A DNA stretch of 64,000 nucleotides from Chlorokybus atmophyticus (Eukaryota > Plantae > Mesostigma and Chlorokybus algae), in the NCBI GenBank assembly GCA_009103225.1, contig RHPI01000638.1:310001-374000 (forward strand). The letters are read 5' to 3'. Under the pieces are notes generated by a model. The model was given only the letters and a program-made list of their open reading frames with translations, ran no database searches and was not told where the DNA came from. Position numbers and translations under genes: made by a program. Positions within the stretch are counted from its first letter, which is position 1; the number at the start of each line of letters is the position of its first letter. Shown one piece after another: positions 38,401-50,934 of this stretch.

Positions 38401-40339
38401 GTCTTTATCTCTTATGGTTGATGGTACAACAAATGCATTCGTACTATCCATGCTTTGAACAACCAAGGGTAATAATGGCTTGGGCGTAACATTTATGGTA
38501 CGACAGAGGCATTTCTCGTCTAACCTCCATCATTGGCGTACAATGGTCTCCGTCGTACTATCTATGGTACGACAGAGGCATTGCTCGACCAGCCCAAATG
38601 GGAATCAGCGTGCACTCACCCATCAGCTTCGTTAATTGTCGGACAATGGCACGCAAGGGCATCAGGTCGATGTCGGGTGAAATGTCAGACATGGTGGACC
38701 TGGGTTCGACCAGAAGGCGGAGGACCAGGAGTAGGAGGCGGCGGCGGCGGCGTGGCACATCTTGCTAGAAGTTGTGGTTATAAGAGTTTAAACAGCGAAG
38801 CCAGCAAATACCGGGCGCCACGTCATGAATCATCGCAGGCGTCAGCTATGGGGCTGTTCAACATGCATCACCAATATTGGACAAACCAGCAAGCAAGCCA
38901 TCAGGGACCATCTTCACATAGAGCTGCTTGGTGCCTCGCATTCTGCAACAAGGAGTGGATTCGAAGCTGCAGTCCTTGGAGCCCCTTGTCACAATCATGC
39001 GAGATCAATTGCGATTGTGGGAACAAGCACAAAGGATTGCAGAGGTACGCTGAACAATCACATGCATTTCCTTGCAAGAGCAAGTTCTTTTTTGGCGCAA
39101 TCCATGTGTTACATGTAGCGTGGCTGCTGGCCTTCACTATTCACCTATACCTACCCCACAGTCAAGCCGACATTGCGGAAGCCAGAGCAGATAGACAGAG
39201 CTGGGCGGCGGTATGTTGTTGCCAATCTCGCTGTGCATGTCGACTGCATGCACCTCCAATGCATGCCTACCTTTGCATGCTAGGATGTGCGTGAGCGTGT
39301 GAAGTCGCACGCGTGTGCCGAACGAAGTAGACTAAGTTTGAGCACAGAAGCGCGTGGCCATTCGTCCAATATTCAACCAGTAGTGCATCAATCAGCGATG
39401 ACGCAGTCCATGTAAACAACCGTGCATCAACCAATAATGCAGCACGTGACTGATCGAAGCAACCAACTGACGACGGTGTGACTCAGTTGATTATTGCAAT
39501 TGCAATGTCGCAAGCATGCAATCAACCCATATATGATTGGTTTACAGCACCACACTGCATTAGGTCCTGTTGAAGCTCCTATGCACGCCTAAATTCAATC
39601 CCATTAACTAGTCCTTCAATCCCACTTGCTGATGGGCGCGGCGGCAATGCGGTATTAGTTTGATATGCATGTTGGCCTGTTGAATCCCGACATATACCCT
39701 TGGAGCAGTGGCGCATCCTGTGCCCATGGCTCAAAAACTGTGTGACGAGTCCTCGAATGAGGGTGGCGGGGAAAGTGCACCCATTACCACCTTGTCTGCC
39801 CCCATCGCCTTCCCTGCTGCATGCCGCCCACGGTTTGTTGAGGTAAATCGTTGTCTTTTATGGTTGTGCCTTGGTAACAATGCGTTGGGCACATGCATAA
39901 GCTTGCATTCCTCCGTTGCAACATTGGGAGCCATTTTATCCTGGATTCTATGCAGCCCCCCTTGCTGCATGCACAAGTGGTCTTACCTGCCGCACCTGCT
40001 CCCCTTGCAGCTGAAGCGCATCCACCTTCCGCGGTATTAGACTTTCATGCACTGCCCCCTTCTCCACAAGCAGCACCGGTGATTGCGGGGCAACAATCCT
40101 TCTTGCAGTAACCGGCCAGATCACAGCATAATGCAACAATCGATGTGGCTTCTGCACCTACCTGACCCCACCCGCTGTAATTTGTTAAAGTCAGCAGTCT
40201 GCCCCAAGCTCTAGTACTTAATCAGTCACTGTAACTCTTGCCAGATGGACACAGCATTTGAGTGCTGTATGCGCATGCAGCAGGGGTCATCACCTGCCTG
40301 CAAGTCATCAGAGGAGCTGGCCGCAACCCGCGTACAGCC

Positions 40340-40930
40340 ATCAGTCATGCTGAGTGGCCAGCTCGCCTCGTGGGACCACTTCATTACACCAACGGATGGT
40401 AACTGCTTCTACCATTGTGTGTTTTGCGTCAGGCCATCCATAGCGCAAAGTGTCTTAGATGACCACAAGCACCCCAGCTCGAGCAAATTTTGAACTATGT
40501 TGGACATCATGGACGACGACGGCAGGGGGGACCCTTTCCTCGAAATCATCGCCTAAGCTTATGATGCAGGCGTGGTGAGCGGAATACTAGATTCTGCATA
40601 GCCACTGATGCCGTAGGAGAGATGGCGCAGCATTATGACAAACTGCCTGCGACCATGTTGGCTGATGTTAATTGCAACATTAATATAGCCATGACCAAGG
40701 TGCGACATAATGTGCGGAAAAAGAATTTTTACGTAGAGCACCTGCAGATGACCATGTTTGTTAAGAATCTGGGCTTGTTGATTGGCTGCGTGACCGTTCA
40801 GCGCGAGCATGGGGAGTGGGTGCCACGGCCCGGCAGCGCAGTTTAGGTTGGCAATAAAGAAGTCCCAGCTCAGTCCGTGTGGTGGGCAACACTGCTCCTG
40901 ATGAGCTAGAAGCACACTTTTTGCTCCTCA
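40340..40930 (+). pseudogene. OTU-like cysteine protease (deubiquitinase) remnant
   Basis: TPTDGNCFYHCV at ~40386-40420 matches the OTU Cys-loop (DGNC), with a plausible variable-loop segment EHLQMTMFVKNLGLLIGCV. Several in-frame stops are present and the His loop is not clearly identified. Confidence 0.48.
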
Positions 40931-43330
40931 AGCCTGCAAGCACCGAACAATGGTCGTGGCCTATGCAATAAGTGCCACTAGAGGCAATAGACCCGATCGA
41001 AGAGTGGCGGAATGGCGTTGCCAATCCCCCGCTACCACCAGCTGCTCCCCAAGGTGCTGTGCCAACGCCTTAGGCCTCGCCTTCGTGAGCTAGGCAAGAA
41101 GTAGCCGACTGTTTTGCACATCCTATCTCCCCTCAACCACAGCCACATGCTCGCAACAATAGTTCCGCACCCTCCCTTCCTGCCGCAGAGACTCACTTGC
41201 CACCGCACTTTGACCATCTGAAGGCATCCCCATCAAGAAGCAGCGGTAGCTCGCCCTTTCCCTCCAAGCTTGCCACATTGATCTCAGCCTGTTTCGTTGG
41301 TAAAGAGATCGACCGAGGTGTCCTAAAATTTGCGCTGCAAGACAAAGGCTGCATGCTCGAACTCATGGGGCAACATGAGGTCATGAAGGAACGGGAGGCA
41401 ACCAACAAGTGCAAGGCTGTGGAGCAAGAAAACAACGCCTTATCTCCTCTGGTAGACGGATTTATGAAAAGCGCCTGCCAAGATGTGCAGGCCGACCACA
41501 AAAAAAAGACGAAGGTTGTTGGAGCAAAGGACGCTGGCAGGACCAAAAGCAAAGGTGATGCATCATTACAATGTAGTTAGAAGAAGCACAGCGCCTAGAA
41601 GCCACATCGGGGCTGATTGTGTGTCTTGAGTAGGCACAAGCGGGTTTACAGCGGCATGTGGCTGCTCAGCATCTTTTAAGGAGATAGCCGGTGCGGCATG
41701 AGCTGCCTAAGCTCAAACCCCCGACGCGTAGATGTTTTTAGGGGCTAACTCGTAGTGCAAATGAGTTGATCGCCCTCCAATACGCCTAAAACCCGCTGCA
41801 TCACCGCATGAGGCATGCCTCGAGGTGGGTGACAAAAGTATGCAATGATTGGGAGCAAACGCGGAGAACGGCCGAAACAGACCTCTGGGGATTGGCTGCT
41901 GTTTGAACTCCAACACGACATCCGTAATACATTGTTGCCCCTCGCCGTCCTCGACATGGTGGCGTCGTAGCTGCCGCAGTAACCCGGCAATGCGCAAGAG
42001 CTATCCGCGGAGCAGAACTTTTACCTGCTGCAACACATGTACCTGTTAATGTTGACAGATGCGAGTCGAGATATGTGCCACTACCTGAGCAAATATACTG
42101 GGTGGCAAGTAAAACCATTCGAGCTGTACTTGGCATGCTTTGGCTGGCAGTGGCTGTATGTTATTTGGCACGTCGAGCTGAGACTTTGGAAGCTCGACGA
42201 AAATGACGATGCGGGGGAGTACACGAGTGACGACAGCCATGTCGAGGGCCTGGATGAACGCATGCTGAACGAGACCACACCAGCAAGTGGTGTATAGCGG
42301 CGGACGGGCGTCAGTGCGTGAGTTTTTCCAGTGCAGTGCATTGCGTGTGCGAACTGTGCTTGCGCTCATGCTTCAAGTGGCGAGGAGAACCCGTGCGCTT
42401 CTTCACATGGACAACATCGGGACATGTGGTTGTGTGGACAGGTGGTGGATACGGTGGAGGTAATTCGGCAGAGTGGACAGCAATGTATCACTGCATGTTA
42501 CGTTATGCATATGCTTATGTCATGCATGTTGAAGCTGTTGTCACATTCAAAGCAGTCTTCCACGGTGTAACGATGCTCATGCCGATTATACACCCCACCA
42601 GACCTTCCACCCTGGTGAACGAGCTAGAATGCAACTGAGCACATCAATGGCGCTACCACACGTGCACCTACTCGCAATTAATCAACAACAGTATTCGCAC
42701 CGTGGGGTTGAACACCTTGAGGGCAATGTAGGCGCCTCAAAACTTGCGGGGGAAGTCAGGTCCGTGCAAGAGCTGTAGCAAGAGCAAACCCACGCGTGCA
42801 CACGCACCGCGGATGCAACTACACACGCACGCACACACCGTCCACAACACATGGAACAACTCAATTTCCAGTTGGTCCAACCTCCCTAGTAGCAGTATAC
42901 TGGTTACTTATATATCTCAGAGGCTTTTAATCTTGTAGAAGTCAACTAAGTTGACTACACCGCTAATACATGCTTACACGTCTCTTAGCTGTATGAAACT
43001 GCGTCGGCGCATAGAAACTGTCAGCGATGGTCAAATGTTAGCGCATAACGCTCGCGTGACCTGTGGAACGCGCCCTTTATGTAAGCATAACCCGAAGACT
43101 CGGGGCTTCATACAAGCATATCGCGGCAGGTTTGTCAAGTAGGCCGTTTTGGGGGTAAAAGGGTTAAATATCTAGCTCAGAAGTAAGTATAACACCAGCT
43201 TTGCTACACACGGTGTGGGCGTGACTTCCGTCACTTCCACCCCCTGGCCGCTGTAGAGGAGGCAAACCATCGACCATTAAACAACGCACTGCATCGGCTG
43301 CGGAACGCAGTTAAGTTGAGATGCGAGCAG

Positions 43331-43545
43331 CTGATCGGTGTGAGTGTCATAATGTATTGGCCGCTGGATGGGGAATGGTATGCCGGCGTTGTAAAATCAC
43401 TCAAGCAAGCGTCAGGTTAGCATTGCTTCTTGGCGTGCGAGATGGAGGACGCATTATATGCATAGTGAAATGGAAAGTGGCTTTGACGGGCAGCACTGTA
43501 TAGTATTCCGTGACGGTGATCGATTACAAACCATCAAATTCAAAG
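43331..43545 (+). pseudogene. Tudor/Agenet-like domain split by an intron (~43416-43488)
   Basis: LIGVSVIMYWPLDGEWYAGVVKSLKQAS(G) + QHCIVFRDGD matches LxGxxVxVyWPxDxxWYxGxV...HxVxYxDGD. The donor is gttagc; the acceptor appears mutated (gacgg). Confidence 0.68.
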
Positions 43546-44421
43546 GGCACAACGTATTTGCGTACACATCAGTTGACAGGGCGCGCCAGATGGGAGCATG
43601 TTAGTCGCAAAGTAAGCCCGAACGATATTATTGTTGGTCCCTGGCCAACACCACGACCAGTTTTGACCACATACATGCCATCCAACAAGCTTGGACGCAC
43701 ACGCAAACCAAGGGCACTCGACCTATTCTGCGGCGGTGGCGGTGCCAGTGTCAACCTATACCACGCAGACTTTGACGTGATCGGGATGGACATAAGTCCC
43801 TCCTCTGAGTCCCCGCTGCCCTTCATGCACCGCAATGTATGCACCCTGAGTGCCGGAGAACTAAGCGAGTACGCTCATATGGGCCAGTCCACCATGCCAG
43901 GCCTATTCAGGTGCTATTTCGGCACCTCAACGGGCGGCACATCTTGAAGACACCAGGATATGCTACCGCTCGTCCGACATGTGCTGCTTGCAAGCCAGGT
44001 TAAATTTGTGATTACAAATGTGCCATGAGCAACTTCCTCGCTTAGACTCAATCTGTCCATTTGCGGCACGATGTTTGGCCTATCAACCTTCCGACACTGT
44101 CTGTTTGAACACAGCCAGTGGTAACTACCCCACCAGCACGATGCTCGGACGCGGGCAAGGCGGTTGGACTGCTATAACCACCTGTCCGCTAGCGCAAAGA
44201 AGACAATCGTGACATCACATGCGCCACAGCAAATGTACCCGCTCTATGGCTTTTCAAGCATTAGGGGCGGTATTGCTGCATGGCAAACAGCTCTGGGAGT
44301 GCCATGAATGAGCTCGGCCGTTACCATAGGGAATGCAGTTCCTCCCGCAATGGCGGAGTGCATAGGGCGTCTTATGCTTGAAACAATGGATATGTGCTGT
44401 GAATATCCTCCTGTGTCATGA
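43510..44421 (+). pseudogene. C5 cytosine DNA methyltransferase of the small phage/actinobacterial type; frameshifts and stops
   Basis: Motif I ALDLFCGGGG..FDVIGMDI (~43714-43795); motif IV IWASPPCQAYS (43877-43909, shifted frame); HQDMLPLVRHVL..FVITNVP (ENV>TNV); ICGTMFGL..FRHCLFE; ALGVP*M; motif X GNAVPPAMAECIG (~44329-44367). Confidence 0.85.
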
Positions 44422-44905
44422 AACTATGAGTTTTGAGTGTGGTGCATTGTATTGAGGTTTAATGCCACACAATTGACTTATTGTTGAACGTTGCATTCAA
44501 CATTCGATTGTGGTGACAGTTGAGCAGTGACAGCTGCTCGGTATTGTACACGTCCGCATACAAAAGTCTTAGCACGATTAGCAATGTCTAATTGACTGAT
44601 ATGCTCCAAACTCAGAGTAGTGAGACAAGTCCATGTGTCACATGGCAGTGCAGTGAACGTCACCTTATTTGCCCTTGTATACACAGGCGATGTCCTTGTC
44701 CAACATGGGGAGCAGCTACACAATGCCTTTTATTTGCTGCAGAGTCACGACATCGAGATGTGGAGCCTCGACGCTTTCCCAATTACAGAGTGATGCACTT
44801 TGTATCGCTCGTCTTATCCAGCTGTGTGTATTAGCGGACAAACATAACCTCCTTCCACACGCGCTCCCCGCTGCCACCCCACGCCACCACGCGTAGAAAC
44901 AGTGC

Positions 44906-47290
44906 TTAAGCCCACCACGTCACGTTCACACCGTCCTCATCACCTTTCAACTCAAGTGTAGAGAACCAAGGCCGCCCATAAAGTAACCCAGTTGCGCGCG
45001 TCATGCTGACTCCTGATGTCATGTACACCGCTGCGCCTTCGTTCACCATGCGAACAACACTCCATCCGTTGGCTGACTCCAATTGTTCCCCCCTCAACCA
45101 GCTGTCCAGAGTGGCAGGCAGCTTGTCGGCAAATGGAGTCTTCAGGGTGACTTGGCGGCTACACGCAGCACCTCTCCAATACGGGCTAGACTCCCTCATT
45201 ATCAGCACATCCATCTGTAGCAACTTGTCCGTCTTCTCCATTACATCACAGCATTGCTGCCGCACCTGCGCCATGACTGAGCGCATCTCGGGATCTACGA
45301 CCATGCCATCCTCTCTAATATATTCCGCACAGCTCCATGCCTTCAGGATGCGCGCCTGGTAGTCCCAGTTGTTGCCACCACGCGCCCATTGTTTGATATT
45401 TGGAGCGTGCGTCTGCTCCATGCAATTGGCGCTGAACCAATCTGGGTGTCCACTGCTGGCAACTGCCGACCCAAAGTAAGTGAGCTAATGCATCTTCTCG
45501 ATTTTTCAACTGAACTTTTGTGCTAGATATGACGACAGTAGCGGCAACACTGCAGCTGTAAGGGCAGCCAGCTCATTGTCGGCTGTGGTCAGGGTCTCTC
45601 TTGTGTGATTATGGGCCTTGAGCAACTTCTTGTTCCACCGGGCAAGCGATGCAGCAGCAATGGTGAAGAAATCGTTGCCCTCACTGTCGAACAGCACACC
45701 ATCTGCAAGGACCGGCAGCAGCTGCAGCACCGCACCTTTCTTCACCACTTGAAAGGAGTGGTTGGACAGGGAGAAAATCACTGTGCTTGTGGGAGCCTTG
45801 AAGTGCGAAACCCGTAGTGTCGCCTTGCATTCAGCCTGTGCACATCTGCTTGTGAGCACGTGTTGTTGGCTTTTATTTCAACACAAATGCAACACCAAAG
45901 ACGTGCCTGGCCTGCAGAATCTGTCTCGTGAATGGACGCATGCGTTCCTTCGTAGTGTCGTACACAGCAGCAAGCAAATGGTCGATGATGCCTCCCAGCA
46001 CATGCATTGCGTCAGGGGCAAGGCGAGAGTAGCAATCAGCTCTCAGCACCCGCGATTGTTGCCAACCCCATAATGCATTCTGTTGCCAAACCTCATTGCC
46101 TAATTACGCGGAAAGCCATTCATCTTCACAAATGCCGGTAACTTGACCATTATCTTCTTGCATGCATGTAGTGCTGCTACTTGAAAGTCTTGGCTGTCTG
46201 GCGTGCAATACCGCTATGCAGGTACGCCCGCAGCTGTTGTATTAATGGTATGCAAAAAGCCTCGGGTTTCAGTTTCGCCAAGTAGGACGCTTCCCCCACC
46301 TCTCTTCGCAAATCCACCTCAACATCCTTCCACCAATCGCCCGTGGAAGGATGGCCAAAGCTATGCTCGTCACCATTGTATTAAATATTGAAGCCATTAG
46401 CGGCATGTGGATTGCCATACAACCGCGCGAGCCATGCCTGCTCCGACCAATCAATAACAGCCATGCTGGCCTCATATTGGAGAGTGCATGTCACAGCCCT
46501 TGGCCGGCATATATGTGACGCTGATGTCCTGATCCTCAGGGTCTCCAGGGTTGCGCAGGTCAGCCGTCACGTAGTTCTGATACGGCAGCACACTCGCATG
46601 TGCATATGTGACATAGCTCTAATGGTTGAAGCACATGCACCGCACACCATAAACACATCTCAGACTGAGAGAATGCAATTGTGGTCCGGAGGTAGCTGAA
46701 GACATGCACACCAATCTCCCACTGGAGCTCCTCCATTAGAAAATGTGCATTTTGGATGCACGTGATGATCTGCCCCATGTCGAAGGCCGACAGGCCTTGG
46801 CCGTTGTTGCCCTGCACGAATGCCACTGGAAGAGCATGCTCCAAGCCATACCACTTGGATTTTGACGCGTGCGAAGAGACGCCTCTTCCATGTTGGCATG
46901 CCACATGTTTTTCAAGCACAAGCACACATCGAAAGCCCTCGTTCACTTTCTCCTCCTGTTGCTGCTGTGCGTGTGTCTCCTGGAGGGGTCATTCAGCATC
47001 AAGCATGTGCGCATCCTTGATGAAACTCTCCAATTCAACATGACCCGCATTGAACTATATTAGACGCTGGCCGACATACAGCTTGAGTTGCTTGCACACC
47101 CTGCTGCTAACAATGTGCATGTAGACCGAGCTGCGTGTGACAAAGCTCATGTGGCAATACGCACAAAAGACTCCCATAGCTCACTACTGATGTCGACACA
47201 GGTGTCACCAATGTCACCTGCATCATCATATTCAGCAACACGCACAGCCACCGCCACCACCGCCGCTACCTTTGCATGCCAGAGGCGGGA
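44906..47290 (-). pseudogene. Plavaka-like transposase, decayed and internally deleted
   Basis: Ordered motifs: WLARLYGNP (46434-46408), STGDWWKD (~46347-46324), LHACKK (~46171), PDAMHVLGGIIDHLL (46017-45973), HTRETL (45607-45590), KIEKMH*LTY..G.PDWFSANCMEQTH...K...GNN (45506-45370). Confidence 0.75.
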
Positions 47291-47708
47291 AGCTTGACCG
47301 CTATTCACTGTGGTGACGGCTCCGTCATACTAATACTATGGTACGATCGAGCCATTGCACGTCCAGGGTGGGGTGATTTTGCATTGATATCCTGATTGAA
47401 CCGTTTCAATGATACGAAGATGCCTTTGCCAAAAGGTACCATTGATATGGTATCTTTGTAGGATGGCAATCATGGTCACATGGTACACAGTACGCGTTTA
47501 GTACGTGAGCGGTGGTGTACGCGTACATACATGTACCCATTTATGCCAGTACGTGGCAGTACGCTACAGTGGCAGTTTTGTCGTGTTGCTTCACGAGCAT
47601 CAAGCATGCTACTTGCGTACATGTGCACAACAGTAAACAATGAGCAGAGAACACTATGTTACAGCGAAGCATGTGTGCAGACATAGCCCATCACATGTGT
47701 CTGCCTAG

Positions 47709-50227
47709 TTACACCGAGTAATCATTAGACTCGCCCCCCTCATCATCATTACTAAACAACACGTCCACATCAGAGTCTGCCTCCCACTCAACAAACTCCT
47801 GCACATAATGTGGGTTGTGGATCTTCTTCAGCTGCCTCAAGTTGGTGAAGACAAACACCAACTTCTCTGCCCTGCGTGCTTGCAGCCGATTCCTTCTCTT
47901 TGAGTGGATGAAGTCGTACGTGCTCCAGGATCTCTCACAGCTACAAGCTGATGATGGTTGAGCCAACACGCGCATCGCTAGCTGCTGCAACTCGGGTACA
48001 CTACCACCATACATGTGCCACCAAGCATGCGCGGGCATTGTGAGAGCCGCTCGTTGCACTGCCTCTTTGCCGAACAGCCCCATCTTACTTCGGTACATGT
48101 GTAGCTGTTGCAACGCCAAGTCAACCTTGTCATGGGACTGCAGGACCCTCTCCACCATCGTTGCAAAGCCTTCCATAACTTCCTCATTGGTGTGCTGCTC
48201 ATGACCCCAATATTCGGGATCCAGCACATAGCCTGCTGCATGCATGTCACTATGCAGCATGATCCACCTGTCCCTCCAACAGGCGCGCACATCAAGTCGT
48301 TGTTGTTCAGTCATGCCCTTCAGATGCTTGAGCTGGTCGCCAACACGAAACATCTTGGCGTACACTTTGCCTATGGTGGGCAAGTTCCCATCAACCAAAC
48401 GCAGCAGATCCACGATGGGGGCCGACACCGCATTCACTAATGCCACTTGTGACCAGAAATCTGGTGCCAAGATCAACGCTCTGACTGCAGCAGCTTCTTG
48501 CTTATGCACACCCTTGTCGGCCCAAGCCTTCCAGTCCCTGCTCACCACCACCTCGTCGAGAGCGTCTTTGACCTCGACTAGCCTTGCAAGAGTTATGAAT
48601 GACGTTGCGAAGCGAGTATCTCCTGCACAACAAGTAGCTATGAGCAAACAAGCACGCGCATGACATGAGCATGCATGCATGCGCGGGCAATCAGCTGCAA
48701 TTTCACATGGTTGCTGTCTACCATTAATCTTGCGCTTGTACTAAGTTGATCTCTAACTACACACATGCACGCATGCTATTTCACCTGGCTTGAGCAGCTC
48801 TAGCTTGGCTTTGGAGCGGAAGATGGCCAAGGAACGATGGTGGTTGGTAATGAACTTCACTATGCGTTTGCCATCAGCCACCACGCTTTTAACCCACTCC
48901 AACTTGCCTATATCCTCAAGCAATAAGTCCAAGCAATGCGCGGTGCACGGCGTCCATGTGATGTGCGGGTATTCGCTAGTGATCAGACGTGCAGCAGCTA
49001 CGCACACGCTTGCATTGTCCATGACAACTTGTATCACATTCGCGGACCCCACCTGCAAGTTACACACATAAGTACTTGTGTTGTGTGCGTGTATGAGCAT
49101 GCGTGTGTGATGCATGTGCTCACAAAGTGCTGCCAGTCAGTGCGTGCATGTGTCACACGCATAAGTACTTGTGTTGTGTGCGAGCATGAGCATGCGCGTG
49201 TAATGCATGTGCTCACAAAGTGCTGCCAGTCAGTGCATGCATGTGTCACACGCATGCGTACTTGTGTCGGGTGCGAGCATGAGCATGCGCGTGTGATGCA
49301 TGTGCTCATAAAGTGCTGCCAGTCAGTGCTTGCATGTGTTACTTAGCATGGTTGTGTACACAATCTATAATGGCAATGAACGAGTGCACCACTTACTTCA
49401 TCAATGGTGGAGATCAGCTGCTCGGATACATACTCCGCCGTCTTCTCCTTCCCTTCCGTGTTGATTGCTTGAAGAAAAACTTCTCCTTTAGGACTCACCA
49501 TGAGCACATTCAACAATGGACGGTTGGACGTGTCCGACCATCCATCGCTAGCAATTGTGCATGAGGTTTCTCGTGTTGAGTCCTTGATGACTGCAAGTTC
49601 GCCATTCACCCTAGCATACTCCTTTTCCAACAAGGTTGTGCGAAGCGCCTCGGATGAGGGAGGGGTATATGAAGCGCCAAACTTGCCAACCGCTTTCATT
49701 GCTGCGATAAAGTAAGGGGACCTTGCCACGTTGAAGGGGATGCCATTGCTGAAGAAAAACCGAGCAATGGCTTCATCCACATGCGCTTTATCCCCACGCT
49801 TGAAAGTTGCATCAAGAGTTTGTTGTTGACTAGAAGGAACGGTGGCGCTTGAATCTATAGCACAATGTGATTGATTTGATGCGTGATGAGCAGCACCACT
49901 GCTTGCCAAGCTTCAATGCATGCACGCATGCATTCAAGTACCTGCACCAGCATCCCCAATGGCGGATGTGAGTTGATCTAGCAAGTCCAACCTCCTCCTC
50001 TTCTCACCCTCTTTCTCCTTGTCTTTCTTGGCTTGTGTAAGTTGCAAGACGATCTCCTCGGGAGGGGTTGTGCACTTGGTGACTCCACGTTCACCACTCA
50101 GATGGGCACCAATACGTGAAACACTTCCTGTCCACTCGTGCTCGCAATAAACACACCTCACACGAAAGTTGCCATGAGGCTTTCTCTCTATTATGTCGAC
50201 GTGCTTCCACAGCGCACTTTGCGTCAT
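47709..50227 (-). CDS. hAT transposase (BED finger, DUF659-type core, hAT dimerisation domain); exons 50227-49942, 49854-49397, 49052-48785, 48622-47709; ~641 aa, apparently intact
   Basis: W.H..C.YC...HL BED finger; IASDGWSD; DNASVC; CTAHCLDLLLED; PGDTRFAT; WWHMYG..PELQQLAMRVL.QPSS.CSCERSWS. Exon lengths 286+458+268+914 = 1926 nt and are phase-consistent. Confidence 0.9.
49058..49340. repeat. Three copies of a 93-bp minisatellite inside hAT intron 2
   Basis: The motif ..agtacttgtg recurs with a 93-bp period (~49068, 49161, 49254). Confidence 0.88.
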
Positions 50228-50835
50228 TCTAACATAAACAAACACTATTATGAACACATGCAAATCACATATAGCACGTTGATGGTATGACTTGCAGGCT
50301 GCATGATGTATGATGGGCGCATAGCCAAGCATGCAGGCAACCAGTGCATACCCACGCACACACCTTGTAGCTAATGGCTATCAGGCGCAGCTACAGTAGC
50401 TTGAGAGATAAAGCTTGCAGCTAAAGGAGCGCCGTTCCCACCTGCCTGCCGCCGCTAACGCCGCCGCTGCCGCCAACTATGTTGCCTGCACCGCCGCCTA
50501 GTTACACTAGACTGACCAGTTACGGTTGAGATACAGTGCTAAGCTGTATCTCAGCGTAACTGGAGCGTAACCCAGTTACACTGGCGTACAGACTGCGTAC
50601 AGACTGCGTATTAGGTACGCGGGGTCTCTGTACGCGTCCAAACGCGTACTATTGGTCTAAAAGTCGCGTACCTTGTGACCATGATGGCAATGGCAATTCG
50701 TACCATCAAAAAGTGCTTGCAATGCCAGTCCCTGCGCATAAAAACACCGGTAATGGCTCCGCCAAGCTATGCCCTTACAGGGCGATGATGCCGAGGGTAT
50801 GTGGCGTTTGGTGGATCGTTGGCGGCACTGCCAGG

Positions 50836-50934
50836 AGCGTAGTGGGCGTTATAGTCAAGGTCCGGGATGAAGCCCATGTTCGCACAGCGTAGTGGGTGTT
50901 GTAGTCGAGGTCCGGGATGAAGCCCATGTTCGCA
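50836..50934. repeat. Two-copy 50-bp tandem duplication
   Basis: gcgtagtggg(c/t)gtt(a/g)tagtc(a/g)aggtccgggatgaagcccatgttcgcaca occurs twice. Confidence 0.85.

Larger units (their letters stand above)
47471..50683 (-). mobile_element. hAT DNA transposon (3213 bp), nested in the large element
   Basis: TIR CATGGTCACA(T/A)GGTAC at both ends; perfect 8-bp TSD ATGGCAAT at 47463-47470 and 50684-50691. Confidence 0.95.

Noticed and set aside
42037-42297. CHYLSKY resembling a Helitron Rep motif
   Set aside because: No HUH motif or helicase was found nearby, and the match is too short.
42927-43167. Possible piggyBac-like MITE (right end AAAGGG|TTAA)
   Set aside because: The left end matches poorly, and no empty site is available for comparison.
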